From Thermoleophilales bacterium (GTDB lineage: Bacteria > Actinomycetota > Thermoleophilia > Solirubrobacterales > 70-9): 64,000 bases of DNA. The notes under the pieces are model-generated. The model was not told where the DNA came from and searched no databases. It was given only the letters and a program-made list of their open reading frames with translations. The stretch lies in assembly GCA_040375675.1 (NCBI GenBank), contig JBEIRY010000001.1, forward strand, positions 3,543 to 67,542, in the 5' to 3' direction. Numbering within the stretch: position 1 is the stretch's first letter; the number at the start of each line of letters is the position of its first letter. Of the stretch, positions 20,525 through 29,298 are shown one piece after another. A program made the translations under genes and the position numbers.

Positions 20525-21094
20525 ATGAAGATCTACACCCGAAAAGGCGACGACGGATCCACCTCGCTCTGGTACGGCGGGAGGGTGGTCAAACACGACC
20601 CGCGCACCGAGGCTTACGGATCAGTAGACGAGGCGAACTCCGCCCTCGGAGTGGCTCGAGCCCTCTGTGGCAAAGCCGATGCCGAGGTGGCAGAGGATCT
20701 GCTCGCGCTGCAGAACGGACTCTTCGTGGTCGGAGCGGAGCTCGCAACGGCGCCAGAGGCCTCTGACCGGCTCGAGGACGGGATCAGCCGCGTGACCGAG
20801 CCGATGGTCGCCGAGCTGGAGGAGGCGATAGACCGCTACATGGCTCGAGTCGACCTGCCGCCGAAGTTCGTGATCCCGGGCGGCACACACCTGTCGGCGG
20901 CACTCGATGTGGCACGGGCCTCTACCCGTAGGGCCGAGCGGAGAGTCGTCGAGTTGAAAGAGGCCGGAGGCCTAGCCTCCGAGAGCGTCCTGCACTACAT
21001 CAACCGAGCTTCTGACCTGATCTGGGCGATGGCTCGGTTCACGGACGTAGATGACCCCGAGCTTTTCGAAGGTCGCGGCGAAAGCGGAGAGTAG
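20525..21094 (+). CDS. PduO-type ATP:cob(I)alamin adenosyltransferase
   Basis: 189-aa ORF starting MKIYTRKGDDGSTSL, with the later motif YGSVDEANSALG. Confidence 0.85.
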   Translation: MKIYTRKGDDGSTSLWYGGRVVKHDPRTEAYGSVDEANSALGVARALCGKADAEVAEDLLALQNGLFVVGAELATAPEASDRLEDGISRVTEPMVAELEEAIDRYMARVDLPPKFVIPGGTHLSAALDVARASTRRAERRVVELKEAGGLASESVLHYINRASDLIWAMARFTDVDDPELFEGRGESGE

Positions 21095-21702
21095 TGATGA
21101 GCGGCAGTGACCCGCTCTCCTCGCTTCGCGCTTCGCTTCTTCATCCCGACGAGGCAATCGGTATGGAGGTCAAGGGCGGCAAGAAGGAGGCCGCGGTTCT
21201 CGTTCCCGTTTACGGATGGCCAGACTCACCCGGTCTGGTCATGACCGAGCGCCGAGCCGACCTGCGCCGTCACGCCGGTGAGATCTCGTTTCCTGGCGGA
21301 AGGCGCGACTCGGGTGAACATCTGATCGAAACTGCTCTGCGAGAGGCCGAAGAGGAGATAGGACTCGAGGTCGACGAGGTCGAGATCCTCGGCGCGCTGC
21401 CACCGGTGGGGACCTTCGTCACCGGATACAAGATCAACCCGTTCGTCGGTTCGATCAATGCGCCCGAGTCGCTTGGACTCTCTCCCAACCCCGACGAGGT
21501 GGAGGCGATCCTCGAAGCGGAACTGACCGCACTGCTCGACACGCGCACCCACAAGCGTGTGCCCCAAAGTCGGATTCCGCTGAAGACCGACACCTTCGAG
21601 GCCGAGGGCAGGTTGATCTGGGGAGCTACGGCGCGGATCCTCTCCCACTTTTTCGAACTGATCGAAGACCCGCGCCGCGCTACCGGAACATCTGGGAGCT
21701 GA
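21094..21702 (+). CDS. NUDIX hydrolase, CoA pyrophosphatase-like
   Basis: 202-aa ORF with the Nudix box FPGGRRDSGEHLIETALREAEEEIGL. Its start overlaps the upstream stop. Confidence 0.7.
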   Translation: MMSGSDPLSSLRASLLHPDEAIGMEVKGGKKEAAVLVPVYGWPDSPGLVMTERRADLRRHAGEISFPGGRRDSGEHLIETALREAEEEIGLEVDEVEILGALPPVGTFVTGYKINPFVGSINAPESLGLSPNPDEVEAILEAELTALLDTRTHKRVPQSRIPLKTDTFEAEGRLIWGATARILSHFFELIEDPRRATGTSGS

Positions 21703-21726
21703 GCTTCCTCCCGAAAAGAAGTCGAA

Positions 21727-22218
21727 TCAGCTGACTTCGCGAAGCTTGCCGGTCTCGACCTCGTAGACGAAGCCCCGAACCGCGTCGGTCTTGGGGATGA
21801 AGGGGCTCGACTGAATCCGGCTCACCGACTCGCGGACGCTCTCCTCGAGATCAGGGAACGCCTCGCTGGCCCAAGCCGGCTCCTCACCGACGTCCTCTTT
21901 GATCTGGGCCTTGAAGTCCTCGTCGGTGAAGGTCAGCATGCCGCAGTCGGTGTGATGGATGAGGATGATCTCCTCGGTTCCGAGCAACCGTTGGGAGATC
22001 GCAAGCGACCTGATCTCGTCGTCGGTCACTACACCGCCGGCGTTGCGGATGACATGGGCATCGCCCTCCTCCAGCCCGAGCAGGCCCTGGGGATTGAGCC
22101 TCGCATCCATGCAGGCGAGGATGGCGACCTTCTTGCCCGGAGGCATTGGCAGGTCGCCCTTGTCGAAACCTTCTGCGTAGGCCTCTGAGTTCTTGAGAAA
22201 TTCGTCGGTAACGCTCAT
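21727..22218 (-). CDS. beta-class carbonic anhydrase
   Basis: 163-aa ORF. The zinc ligands are in CMDARL and HHTDCGM, resembling the small actinobacterial beta-CA type. Confidence 0.85.
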   Translation of the reverse strand: MSVTDEFLKNSEAYAEGFDKGDLPMPPGKKVAILACMDARLNPQGLLGLEEGDAHVIRNAGGVVTDDEIRSLAISQRLLGTEEIILIHHTDCGMLTFTDEDFKAQIKEDVGEEPAWASEAFPDLEESVRESVSRIQSSPFIPKTDAVRGFVYEVETGKLREVS

Positions 22219-22249
22219 CGGATTCCTTTCTTGATTGCTGTGCCGAATT

Positions 22250-22282
22250 AAATACCTTATACCTGATCGGTATTAGGTATTT
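22250..22282. promoter_or_regulatory. AT-rich nested inverted repeat (candidate operator) upstream of the carbonic anhydrase gene
   Basis: The sequence is AAATACCTTATACC-TGATC-GGTATTAGGTATTT. The arms match at 13 of 14 positions, and ATACC occurs twice per arm. It is the most AT-rich patch in this stretch, 32-64 nt upstream of the start codon, and overlaps a TATAAA element on the minus strand. Confidence 0.4.
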
Positions 22283-22298
22283 ATAGCATGGCCGCTGC

Positions 22299-22790
22299 TC
22301 ATCGCGGATCGAACAAGGACTCGAGAGCGTCAGATGTATCCGCAGCCCACGCCTCGGCATCGCGTGGGCTTTCGAGAAACACAATCGGAATCCGCCAGGT
22401 GTCCCCAGCCCGCTGCACGATCTCGCGCCCCTGCTCGAGTCTGGCCGACTGAACGCTTCCAACGGCCTCGTAGGCAAAGCCGCGCACTGGCGTGTCCACC
22501 AGCTTCTCCATCAGGCTCTCCAGCCTCGGTCCGTGGATGGCGGCGATCACCTCGGGTTCGGCCTCGGCGACGCCAAGCAGCCAGACGACGACCGCAACGT
22601 CACCGACCAGATCGAGAATCGTTCCCGGCCTGTCGGGGTCGGCAAGAGCAGGCTCTATCCCTGCCTTCTCGATCGCCTCGAGGCCAGACTCCTCCCGACT
22701 GGTCCCGCGAACCTGCCAGCCTCGTCGGAGCAGCTCCGAGCCGACCTCGCGGCCTCGACATCCGCAGCCGACTATCAGTGCTCTTGCCAT
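22299..22790 (-). CDS. small NAD(P)-binding Rossmann-fold protein
   Basis: 163-aa ORF with an N-terminal ALIVGCGCRGREVG dinucleotide-binding-like motif. Specific function unknown. Confidence 0.45.
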   Translation of the reverse strand: MARALIVGCGCRGREVGSELLRRGWQVRGTSREESGLEAIEKAGIEPALADPDRPGTILDLVGDVAVVVWLLGVAEAEPEVIAAIHGPRLESLMEKLVDTPVRGFAYEAVGSVQSARLEQGREIVQRAGDTWRIPIVFLESPRDAEAWAADTSDALESLFDPR

Positions 22791-22848
22791 TGGGCGAGGT
22801 TAGACCCGCTGCTGCATCTGCGACCAGTCGCTCCGTTAGCCTCGCATC

Positions 22849-23643
22849 ATGTCCGGCACCCCTGAGATTGCAAGCGTCGACGGAAGAGTAGGCCCGACCA
22901 GCGAGGCGCTCATCCCGGCGCACGACGACGGGCTGCTTCGCGGCGACGGGGTGTTCGAAGTGATCAAGGTCTACGGCGGCTCGACCCATGCCCTCGGCGA
23001 CCACCTCGACCGAATGGAGCGCTCGGCTTCGGCGATCAGCCTTGACCTGCCACGCAAGGCAATCGAGGCCGAAGCGAAGTCATTGCTCGAGCAGGCCGGA
23101 GAGGTCGACGCCCAACTGAGACTGGTCGTCACCCGTGGCGGCCGCAGACTCGCCTTCATAGAACCGCTGGTCGACTGGCCCGAAACGGCAGAGCTGGCAA
23201 CGGTGACTTACGCCCCTAGCGTGATCCTGACCGGCGTGAAGTCTCTCTCCTACGGGGCCAACATGCACTCGACCCGAATAGCCAAAGAACGAGGCGGCAA
23301 CGAATCCCTCCTGGTGACCCCCGACGGAACGGTCCTCGAGGGACCGACCTGCTCGATCTTCTGGGTAGACCGAGATGGCGTGTTGAAGACACCCTCACTC
23401 GAATCAGGCATCCTCGACTCGATCGTGCGTGACCGGGTGCTCGCGGAGATGGAGGTCGAAGAGGGGATCTATCCGTTGGATGAGTTGCTCTCCTGCACTG
23501 AGGCATTCCTTGCCTCGACCACACGCGAAATCCAGCCGGTCTCGCGTATCGACGAGACTGAGCTGCCGCAGGCTCCGGGCCCCAGGACGCTAGAAGCTCA
23601 AGCCGCCTTCAAATCGGTCGTAGAGCGCGAGCTCGGTACCTGA
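22849..23643 (+). CDS. class IV aminotransferase (branched-chain aminotransferase / aminodeoxychorismate lyase family)
   Basis: 264-aa ORF. It shows fold-type IV patterns: RGDGVFEVIKV, the ILTGVKS context, GILDSIVR and EAFLASTTREIQPV. Confidence 0.7.
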   Translation: MSGTPEIASVDGRVGPTSEALIPAHDDGLLRGDGVFEVIKVYGGSTHALGDHLDRMERSASAISLDLPRKAIEAEAKSLLEQAGEVDAQLRLVVTRGGRRLAFIEPLVDWPETAELATVTYAPSVILTGVKSLSYGANMHSTRIAKERGGNESLLVTPDGTVLEGPTCSIFWVDRDGVLKTPSLESGILDSIVRDRVLAEMEVEEGIYPLDELLSCTEAFLASTTREIQPVSRIDETELPQAPGPRTLEAQAAFKSVVERELGT

Positions 23644-23645
23644 TC

Positions 23646-24596
23646 TCAGACGCTCGGCGGCGTATCGCGCAGGTACCACTCGGCATCGAGTGCGCCCTTG
23701 CAGCCTGAGCCAGAAGCAGTGATCGCCTGTCGATAGGTGTGGTCGACCAAATCACCTACGGCGAATACCCCCGCCAGTTTGGTGCGAGTTGAAGGCTCCT
23801 CGGTCACTACATAGCCCTCGTCGTTCAGATCTACCTGGCCATCGACCAGACTCGAAAGCGGTGTATGGCCGATCGCAACGAAGGCTCCACCGACCTCGAG
23901 CTCCTTCTTCTCGCCGGTTTCGGTGTTCTCCATCGCCACCTTGGCGATCTTTCCATCCTCTCCTGCGATGAACTCGGTCGGGGCATAAGGAGTGAGGAAC
24001 TCGATGTTGTCCTGGTCGCGCGCACGGTCCTGCATGATCTTCGAGGCGCGGAACTCATCGCGCCGGTGGACGATGGTCAGCTTGCTGGCGAATTTCGAGA
24101 CGAAGATCGAGTCCTCCATCGCCGAATCGCCGCCTCCTATCACCACGACCTCCTGATCTTTGAAAAAGGCTCCATCGCAGACGCCACAGGTAGACACACC
24201 CATCCCCTGAAGCTCCTGCTCTCCGGGGATGCCAAGCCTCTTCGGCTCCGCGCCCATTCCGAGAATCACCGACTTGGCCTGATGTTCCTCTCCTCCGACC
24301 ACGACCGTCTGCACTCCGCCGTCTGACAGGCGAAGTTCGGTTGCGTCGTCGGTGATGAATCTGGTACCGAAGCGCTCGGCTTGTGCGCGGAACTCTCCCA
24401 TCATCTCGGGGCCCATGATCCCCGTGGGGTAGCCCGGGTAGTTCTCTACATCGGTCGTGTTCTGCAGCTGACCGCCCCAGGCAAAGCCCTCGACGACCAG
24501 CGGCTCCAACTCGGCGCGCGCGGCATAGAGCGCAGCCGTGTAGCCAGCGGGGCCGCCGCCGACGACGATCATGTTTTCGATTCGATCAGCACTCAT
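23646..24596 (-). CDS. trxB: thioredoxin-disulfide reductase
   Basis: 316-aa ORF. It has the FAD motif VVGGGPAGYTAA, the redox motif CGVCDG and the NADPH motif GGGDSAMED. Confidence 0.9.
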   Translation of the reverse strand: MSADRIENMIVVGGGPAGYTAALYAARAELEPLVVEGFAWGGQLQNTTDVENYPGYPTGIMGPEMMGEFRAQAERFGTRFITDDATELRLSDGGVQTVVVGGEEHQAKSVILGMGAEPKRLGIPGEQELQGMGVSTCGVCDGAFFKDQEVVVIGGGDSAMEDSIFVSKFASKLTIVHRRDEFRASKIMQDRARDQDNIEFLTPYAPTEFIAGEDGKIAKVAMENTETGEKKELEVGGAFVAIGHTPLSSLVDGQVDLNDEGYVVTEEPSTRTKLAGVFAVGDLVDHTYRQAITASGSGCKGALDAEWYLRDTPPSV

Positions 24597-24657
24597 CGAA
24601 AACTCATCCTAACGAGGGAGGCAGTCCTCCCACTTCCGCACCGCTTCGGTGAGCTCG

Positions 24658-25842
24658 TCAGCCGTCGCCGGATGCTCCGGAACCCTTGACCGGAGCGGGC
24701 AAAGGCACGCTACGTCCCTCAGCCTCCCAGCGCGCAACCGTGTGTCGCAGTTGGAAGAAGGCGATGATCCCCGGCGGTATCGGCAGCCAGAAGGCGATTA
24801 CGCGATAGGTCAACACGGCGGCGAATACCTCAGCGGCCGGGATACCGAAGAGAACGAAGGCTCCGATCATCCCGGCATCGACTGCACCCACTCCGCCGGG
24901 TGCGAGCGGAAAGAGGTTCGCAACCATCCCGAGAAAGAACCCTTGGACGATCACCCCGAAAGGAACCTCGACATGGAATGCCTGAAAGCTGGCCCAGAGG
25001 ATCCCTATGTTCGCTGCCCAGAACCCGATCGCGCCGCTGAAGGCGAGGATGCCGCTCTTCGGGTCTTCGGCAAAGGCGAGTGCATCGCGCGTTCCTTGTG
25101 CGAAGGTCGCAGGAGCAGAGGCAGCCTTCTTGGCGAACTTGGCAAATCGTCCCGATAGTGCCCCCTCGATCCGCCCCTCGATATCTCCCGGAAGCAGTGC
25201 CAGCAACGCGACGATCAAGATTGCGGCTCCCGCAAGCGCGGCGGGAATGATCGTCGTTGACACCTTCCCACCCCCGGGCAGCACACCGGTGCGCAACAAA
25301 ACCCCGAACACGATCAAGGCGAACATGTAAACCGAGTAGAGGATCACCAAGAAAGCAACCATCCTGCCGGCAGCCAGCCTGCGCTCCATGCCCGCCTTCC
25401 TAAGCGCCCAGTAGGTAAGGAATATGCCGCCCGCGCCACCAGCAGAGAAGATCCGGGTAGCCGCGAGGCCGGCCATCGTGATCTGGTAGGACTCTGCCCA
25501 GCGCAGGTGGATGATCTTCTCGGCGACGACTCCGCGAAACAGCGCAACGTATGCGGCAAAGGCCAGGATGTTGAACAGCAACGCCACCACGACCCAGTCG
25601 AGGTCTCCCTTCTCGATCGTGCCGAACGCGTCCTCGAGACCGACGAGTCTCGGGAACAGCACGTAGATGGCTACGGTCAAAGCCACGACCGCCAACAGGG
25701 TCTGGATGATGCGCTTGGGGGCTGCGAAGAACTTGGGTTCGGCCTCGGCGAGAACCTGCTCCGGCGACTCCGCGGTCATCTCCTCGGCAAGTTCTTCCTT
25801 CTCTGACTTGGCCTTTTGGGGTTCGTCAGGCACCAGAGTCAC
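24658..25842 (-). CDS. lysylphosphatidylglycerol-synthase-type transmembrane (UPF0104, flippase-like) protein
   Basis: 394-aa polytopic membrane ORF. The pattern, including a PGGVG-type motif (APGGVGAVDAG), is typical of UPF0104. Confidence 0.6.
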   Translation of the reverse strand: MTLVPDEPQKAKSEKEELAEEMTAESPEQVLAEAEPKFFAAPKRIIQTLLAVVALTVAIYVLFPRLVGLEDAFGTIEKGDLDWVVVALLFNILAFAAYVALFRGVVAEKIIHLRWAESYQITMAGLAATRIFSAGGAGGIFLTYWALRKAGMERRLAAGRMVAFLVILYSVYMFALIVFGVLLRTGVLPGGGKVSTTIIPAALAGAAILIVALLALLPGDIEGRIEGALSGRFAKFAKKAASAPATFAQGTRDALAFAEDPKSGILAFSGAIGFWAANIGILWASFQAFHVEVPFGVIVQGFFLGMVANLFPLAPGGVGAVDAGMIGAFVLFGIPAAEVFAAVLTYRVIAFWLPIPPGIIAFFQLRHTVARWEAEGRSVPLPAPVKGSGASGDG

Positions 25843-26796
25843 CTACGCGTTGGCGATGTCCTCCAGGGTTCGGAGCCGATCGCTGACCATCTCCGCCACC
25901 GGCTCAAATCGAGGATCGAGGAACCGCACAGCGGCAACCAGCGCAGCGCCTGCGGCCAGATCAGTTACGTAGTGCTCGCCGAGGTAGACGAGAGCAAAGC
26001 CGAGAGTCAGGGCGTAGGCCCATCCAATCGCGCCATCGATCTTTCCTGTCTCGGAGAGAAGAATCGCTGCCATCAGCGCGCTGGCAAAGTGGAGCGACGG
26101 CATCGCCGCCCACGGATTGCCGTCGAAGGTTCCGTACAAGCGCTCCCATGCAGGACCCCATGTGTCCTCCCCTACTTCGGTCATGATCCGCCGGACGCGG
26201 TCGGGGGTGTACCCCTCCTGAGAGGCCCACCACGGAGGAGCGGTGGGGACCACGGCATAGCCAACGCAACCGATGTCGTAGACCGCTGCGGTCTGACGAG
26301 CGGCCCTGGCGAAGGTTTCTGGCTTGCGGGCCATGATCCAGATCAACGCACCATGCGGCCAGAAGAACCAGAGCCAATGGGCCCAGGAGAGCGACTTGTC
26401 CAGAGCGTTGCCGCGTCCAAGCCCCGAGAGTGCCTCCTGAAGTCTGGTATTCGGAAGCTTGCCACGGCCGATGGCAGTGTCGATCCGAATCGGATACTTG
26501 ATCTTGACCCGCCGCCGAAGCGCCTCCGGGTCGTCGTATGGAAGCTCATGGGAGACGATGAACGCCCAGCCCTGAAGGAAGTAGAGAGCAAGGTCACGGG
26601 CCGGGGTGCGCCTAGAGAGAACCGCAAGCGCAGGGGGACCAGAGGCAACAGCAGCGGCTGTCGCAGCCGGGGGAATCTTCAGCTGCTTGCGGACCAAAGG
26701 CACTACGGCTGCAGCACCGAGCGCCGCAAATGCGGCTCCCCGCACCAGTGGACGCAATCTGGTGCGCTGCGGTGGTTGGCGGTCCGCTCTATACAC
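25843..26796 (-). CDS. PAP2-superfamily (PAP2_3 / inositolphosphotransferase-like) membrane protein, start uncertain
   Basis: The C-terminal motifs PSLHFASAL and GEHYVTD are PAP2-type. There is no in-frame ATG near the expected N-terminus, so I propose the GTG at 26796. The longer ORF to 27210 would overlap the divergent epimerase gene. Confidence 0.6.
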   Translation of the reverse strand: MYRADRQPPQRTRLRPLVRGAAFAALGAAAVVPLVRKQLKIPPAATAAAVASGPPALAVLSRRTPARDLALYFLQGWAFIVSHELPYDDPEALRRRVKIKYPIRIDTAIGRGKLPNTRLQEALSGLGRGNALDKSLSWAHWLWFFWPHGALIWIMARKPETFARAARQTAAVYDIGCVGYAVVPTAPPWWASQEGYTPDRVRRIMTEVGEDTWGPAWERLYGTFDGNPWAAMPSLHFASALMAAILLSETGKIDGAIGWAYALTLGFALVYLGEHYVTDLAAGAALVAAVRFLDPRFEPVAEMVSDRLRTLEDIANA

Positions 26797-26853
26797 AGGC
26801 GTGGCGAGTATAAGTCGGTAAGAGGAATCCCCGCGCAACCGAACGGCCGCCAA

Positions 26854-27828
26854 ATGACCGAGACAGACAATTCGAACCTCGAGGGAAAGACTCTGGCCGT
26901 CACCGGCGCAGGGGGATTCATTGGGTCCGCCGTCTGCCAGCGGGCAAGCCAAGAGGGAGCGAAGGTGATCGGCCTCGACAGGGACCGCGAGGCGATCGAG
27001 AGGGCCCGCACAGCAGGAGCAACCGAGGTAATAGAAGGCGACGTGGTCGACCGCAATGCGGTGGCCCGCGCGATCTCCGGAGCCGACCTGGTGGTTCATA
27101 CGGCAGCCAACGTGAGGGAATGGGGTTCGATGGAGGACTTCATCGAAGTCAACGTGGCCGGTACGGCAAACGTGCTCGACTCGGCACCGGAAGGCGCGCG
27201 GATCGTTCACCTCAGTTCCGTAGTCGTCTACGGCTACGACGACCCAAGCACCCAGGACGAGTCGGCTTCACTCAGATCTGTGGGGATCCCGTATGTAGAC
27301 ACCAAGGCGGCATCGGATCGTCTCGCCAGAGAGCGACGAGCGGTCGTCATCAGGCCGGGAGATGTCTACGGGCCAGGCTCGGTTCCCTGGGTGGTCCGGC
27401 CGCTTCAGCTGATGAAAAAGCGAATCCTCGCGGTTCCCAAGGAGTCCTGGATGCTTCCAGTCTTCGTCGATGATCTAGTCGACGCGATCATGCTCGGACT
27501 CGAATCCGGCAAGCCGGGAGAGGCCTACACCGCCTGGAGCGGCGAACAGGTCACCTTCGCCGAGTACTTCGATCGGCTCGCCTTGGCCGCCGGACTACGT
27601 CCCCCTCTGAGGCTTCCCACCCCGGCCCTCTGGTTGGTGGGCGCTCTCGCCGAGGGGAGCGCACGCCTTACCCGACGGCCCCCTGCAATCGGCAGGTTCG
27701 GAGCAACCTTCATCTCCCGCTCGGGTGATGTGTCGAACGAGAAGCTCAGAGAGGGCCTCGGTTGGGTTCCCAAGGTGACGATCGACGAAGGAATCGCCCG
27801 CAGCGTGGCTGGTCGAGAGCACGAGTAA
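26854..27828 (+). CDS. NAD-dependent epimerase/dehydratase family protein
   Basis: I place the start at MTETDNSNLEGKTLAVTGAGGFIGSAV (GxxGxxG motif). The YVDTK catalytic Tyr-x3-Lys is present. The upstream part of the 670-aa ORF is antisense to the PAP2 gene. Confidence 0.8.
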   Translation: MTETDNSNLEGKTLAVTGAGGFIGSAVCQRASQEGAKVIGLDRDREAIERARTAGATEVIEGDVVDRNAVARAISGADLVVHTAANVREWGSMEDFIEVNVAGTANVLDSAPEGARIVHLSSVVVYGYDDPSTQDESASLRSVGIPYVDTKAASDRLARERRAVVIRPGDVYGPGSVPWVVRPLQLMKKRILAVPKESWMLPVFVDDLVDAIMLGLESGKPGEAYTAWSGEQVTFAEYFDRLALAAGLRPPLRLPTPALWLVGALAEGSARLTRRPPAIGRFGATFISRSGDVSNEKLREGLGWVPKVTIDEGIARSVAGREHE

Positions 27829-27935
27829 CTCCACGCCTGATGCGATTAACCCGCCGCGACTGCGGTTACCTTCATCGGGTCGATCGGTAGTCGATCGATG
27901 TCGGCGCGCCCCCGCGCCCGACCTAAGACAAGGAG

Positions 27936-28355
27936 ATGAAATTGGCAGCAGCCAAGAAGAAGGCATCGAACATGGGTCCCTCCGGCTGGGCAGCATTTGC
28001 CGGCGTAATCCTGTTCGTGGTCGGCGTGTTCAACGTCCTGTACGGACTGGCAGCACTGCTCAATGACAGCCAGGTGCTGGTCACGAACGGCCACGACGGA
28101 GTGCTGATCTGGAACCTGACCACCTGGGGCTGGATACACCTGGTGATCGGAGCAGTCATGGTCGCCGTCAGCATCGGGCTGTTCGCAGTCAAGGAGTGGG
28201 CGCGCGTAATCGCAGTCATCTTCTGCGTACTGAGCGCAATCGCCCATATCGGTCTGATCACCGCGTTCCCGCTGTGGTCGATCCTGATCATCGTCCTCGA
28301 CGTGCTGGTGATTTACAACCTCACGGTCAAGGGCGGGGAGATGAAGACCGCTTAG
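27936..28355 (+). CDS. small 4-TM membrane protein (DUF7144-like)
   Basis: 139-aa ORF with an AAGGAG Shine-Dalgarno upstream. The GWAAFAGVILFVVGVFNVLYGLAAL pattern recalls an actinobacterial conserved membrane family. Confidence 0.6.
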   Translation: MKLAAAKKKASNMGPSGWAAFAGVILFVVGVFNVLYGLAALLNDSQVLVTNGHDGVLIWNLTTWGWIHLVIGAVMVAVSIGLFAVKEWARVIAVIFCVLSAIAHIGLITAFPLWSILIIVLDVLVIYNLTVKGGEMKTA

Positions 28356-28387
28356 CACCGCAGATAAGCAAGAGAAACGACGCAGGT

Positions 28388-28443
28388 CTCGACCCGCGTC
28401 GGTGGACCCTTATCGGGCTCGCCGGCGCGGGTCGAGTTTGTTC
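28388..28443 (+). terminator. possible hairpin terminator after the DUF7144-like gene
   Basis: An 11-bp perfect inverted repeat, CTCGACCCGCG ... CGCGGGTCGAG, is followed by TTTGTT. The loop is long (27 nt), so confidence is modest. Confidence 0.35.
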
Positions 28444-28518
28444 GTATCGCACTAATCGAAGCTGAGATGGCCGCTCGGGAAGCCTCACCGACCGCGGGCT
28501 GAATAGAATGGGCGCGTC

Positions 28519-29298
28519 TTGCTCGCACCAGATCCCGCCAGCTCAAGCACCGGTTCCGAGATCAACACCCTGTACTGGATCGCGCTTGCGATCGCGGCAG
28601 TGTTGGTCCTGCTGATCAATGCCGGTTTGATCGTGATGTTCCTGCGCGGTCGCGCTTCGAGGGGCGACCAGCCCAAGCCTGCAAGATCCAAACGCGGTTC
28701 GACCTTGGTGATTGGTGCTGTGCTCGCAGCACTCGCGGCCGCGATCTTCGTGGTCGGGATCATCTACACGGAGGGAGCGGGGGTCGAGACCACCGCCGCA
28801 TCAGCCGCAGACAGCGAAAGCCAGATGACAGGCGACGACACCGAAGCCAAGGCCGCTCGTGGAGAACAAACGCTCGAAGTCCTTGCATCAGGTCAACAGT
28901 GGATCTGGCGATACCAGTACCCGGATGGCACCTTCTCGTATTACGAACTCGTTCTGCCGGTCGGGCAACCGGTCAGGATCGACCTCGAATCAACCGATGT
29001 ACTCCATCGCTGGTGGATTCCCGGGTTGACCCAGAAGGCCGATGCCGTGCCGGGCAAAACCCATGTCCTGAGCTTCACCCCCGACAAGGAGGGGACATTC
29101 AAGGGAGCCTCTTACGCATTCTCCGGGTCCAACTACGCCACGATGAGGACAGTGGTCAGGGTCGTCTCGCAAGATGAGTTCAACCGCTGGCTCGATGACC
29201 AGGGTGCCGAAATCGCCTCGGCTCAGAAGTGGGTGCAGGACGAGATCGCCAAGAACGGTCCTTACGGCGCAATCGAGAAGGCAGGGGCCGAAAAGTGA
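28519..29298 (+). CDS. heme-copper oxidase subunit II-like protein lacking the CuA centre
   Basis: 259-aa ORF with a TTG start. It has two N-terminal TM helices and a cupredoxin domain (QQWIWRYQY, DVLHRWWIPGL). The CuA motif CxExCGxxHxxM is replaced by SYAFSGSNYATM. Confidence 0.85.
   Translation: MLAPDPASSSTGSEINTLYWIALAIAAVLVLLINAGLIVMFLRGRASRGDQPKPARSKRGSTLVIGAVLAALAAAIFVVGIIYTEGAGVETTAASAADSESQMTGDDTEAKAARGEQTLEVLASGQQWIWRYQYPDGTFSYYELVLPVGQPVRIDLESTDVLHRWWIPGLTQKADAVPGKTHVLSFTPDKEGTFKGASYAFSGSNYATMRTVVRVVSQDEFNRWLDDQGAEIASAQKWVQDEIAKNGPYGAIEKAGAEK

Noticed and set aside
25816-26853. The N-terminal 346 codons of the 670-aa plus-strand ORF that ends as the epimerase.
   Set aside because: This part is antisense to the PAP2 and UPF0104 genes and has no family features. 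The epimerase Rossmann motif begins right after the internal ATG at 26854.
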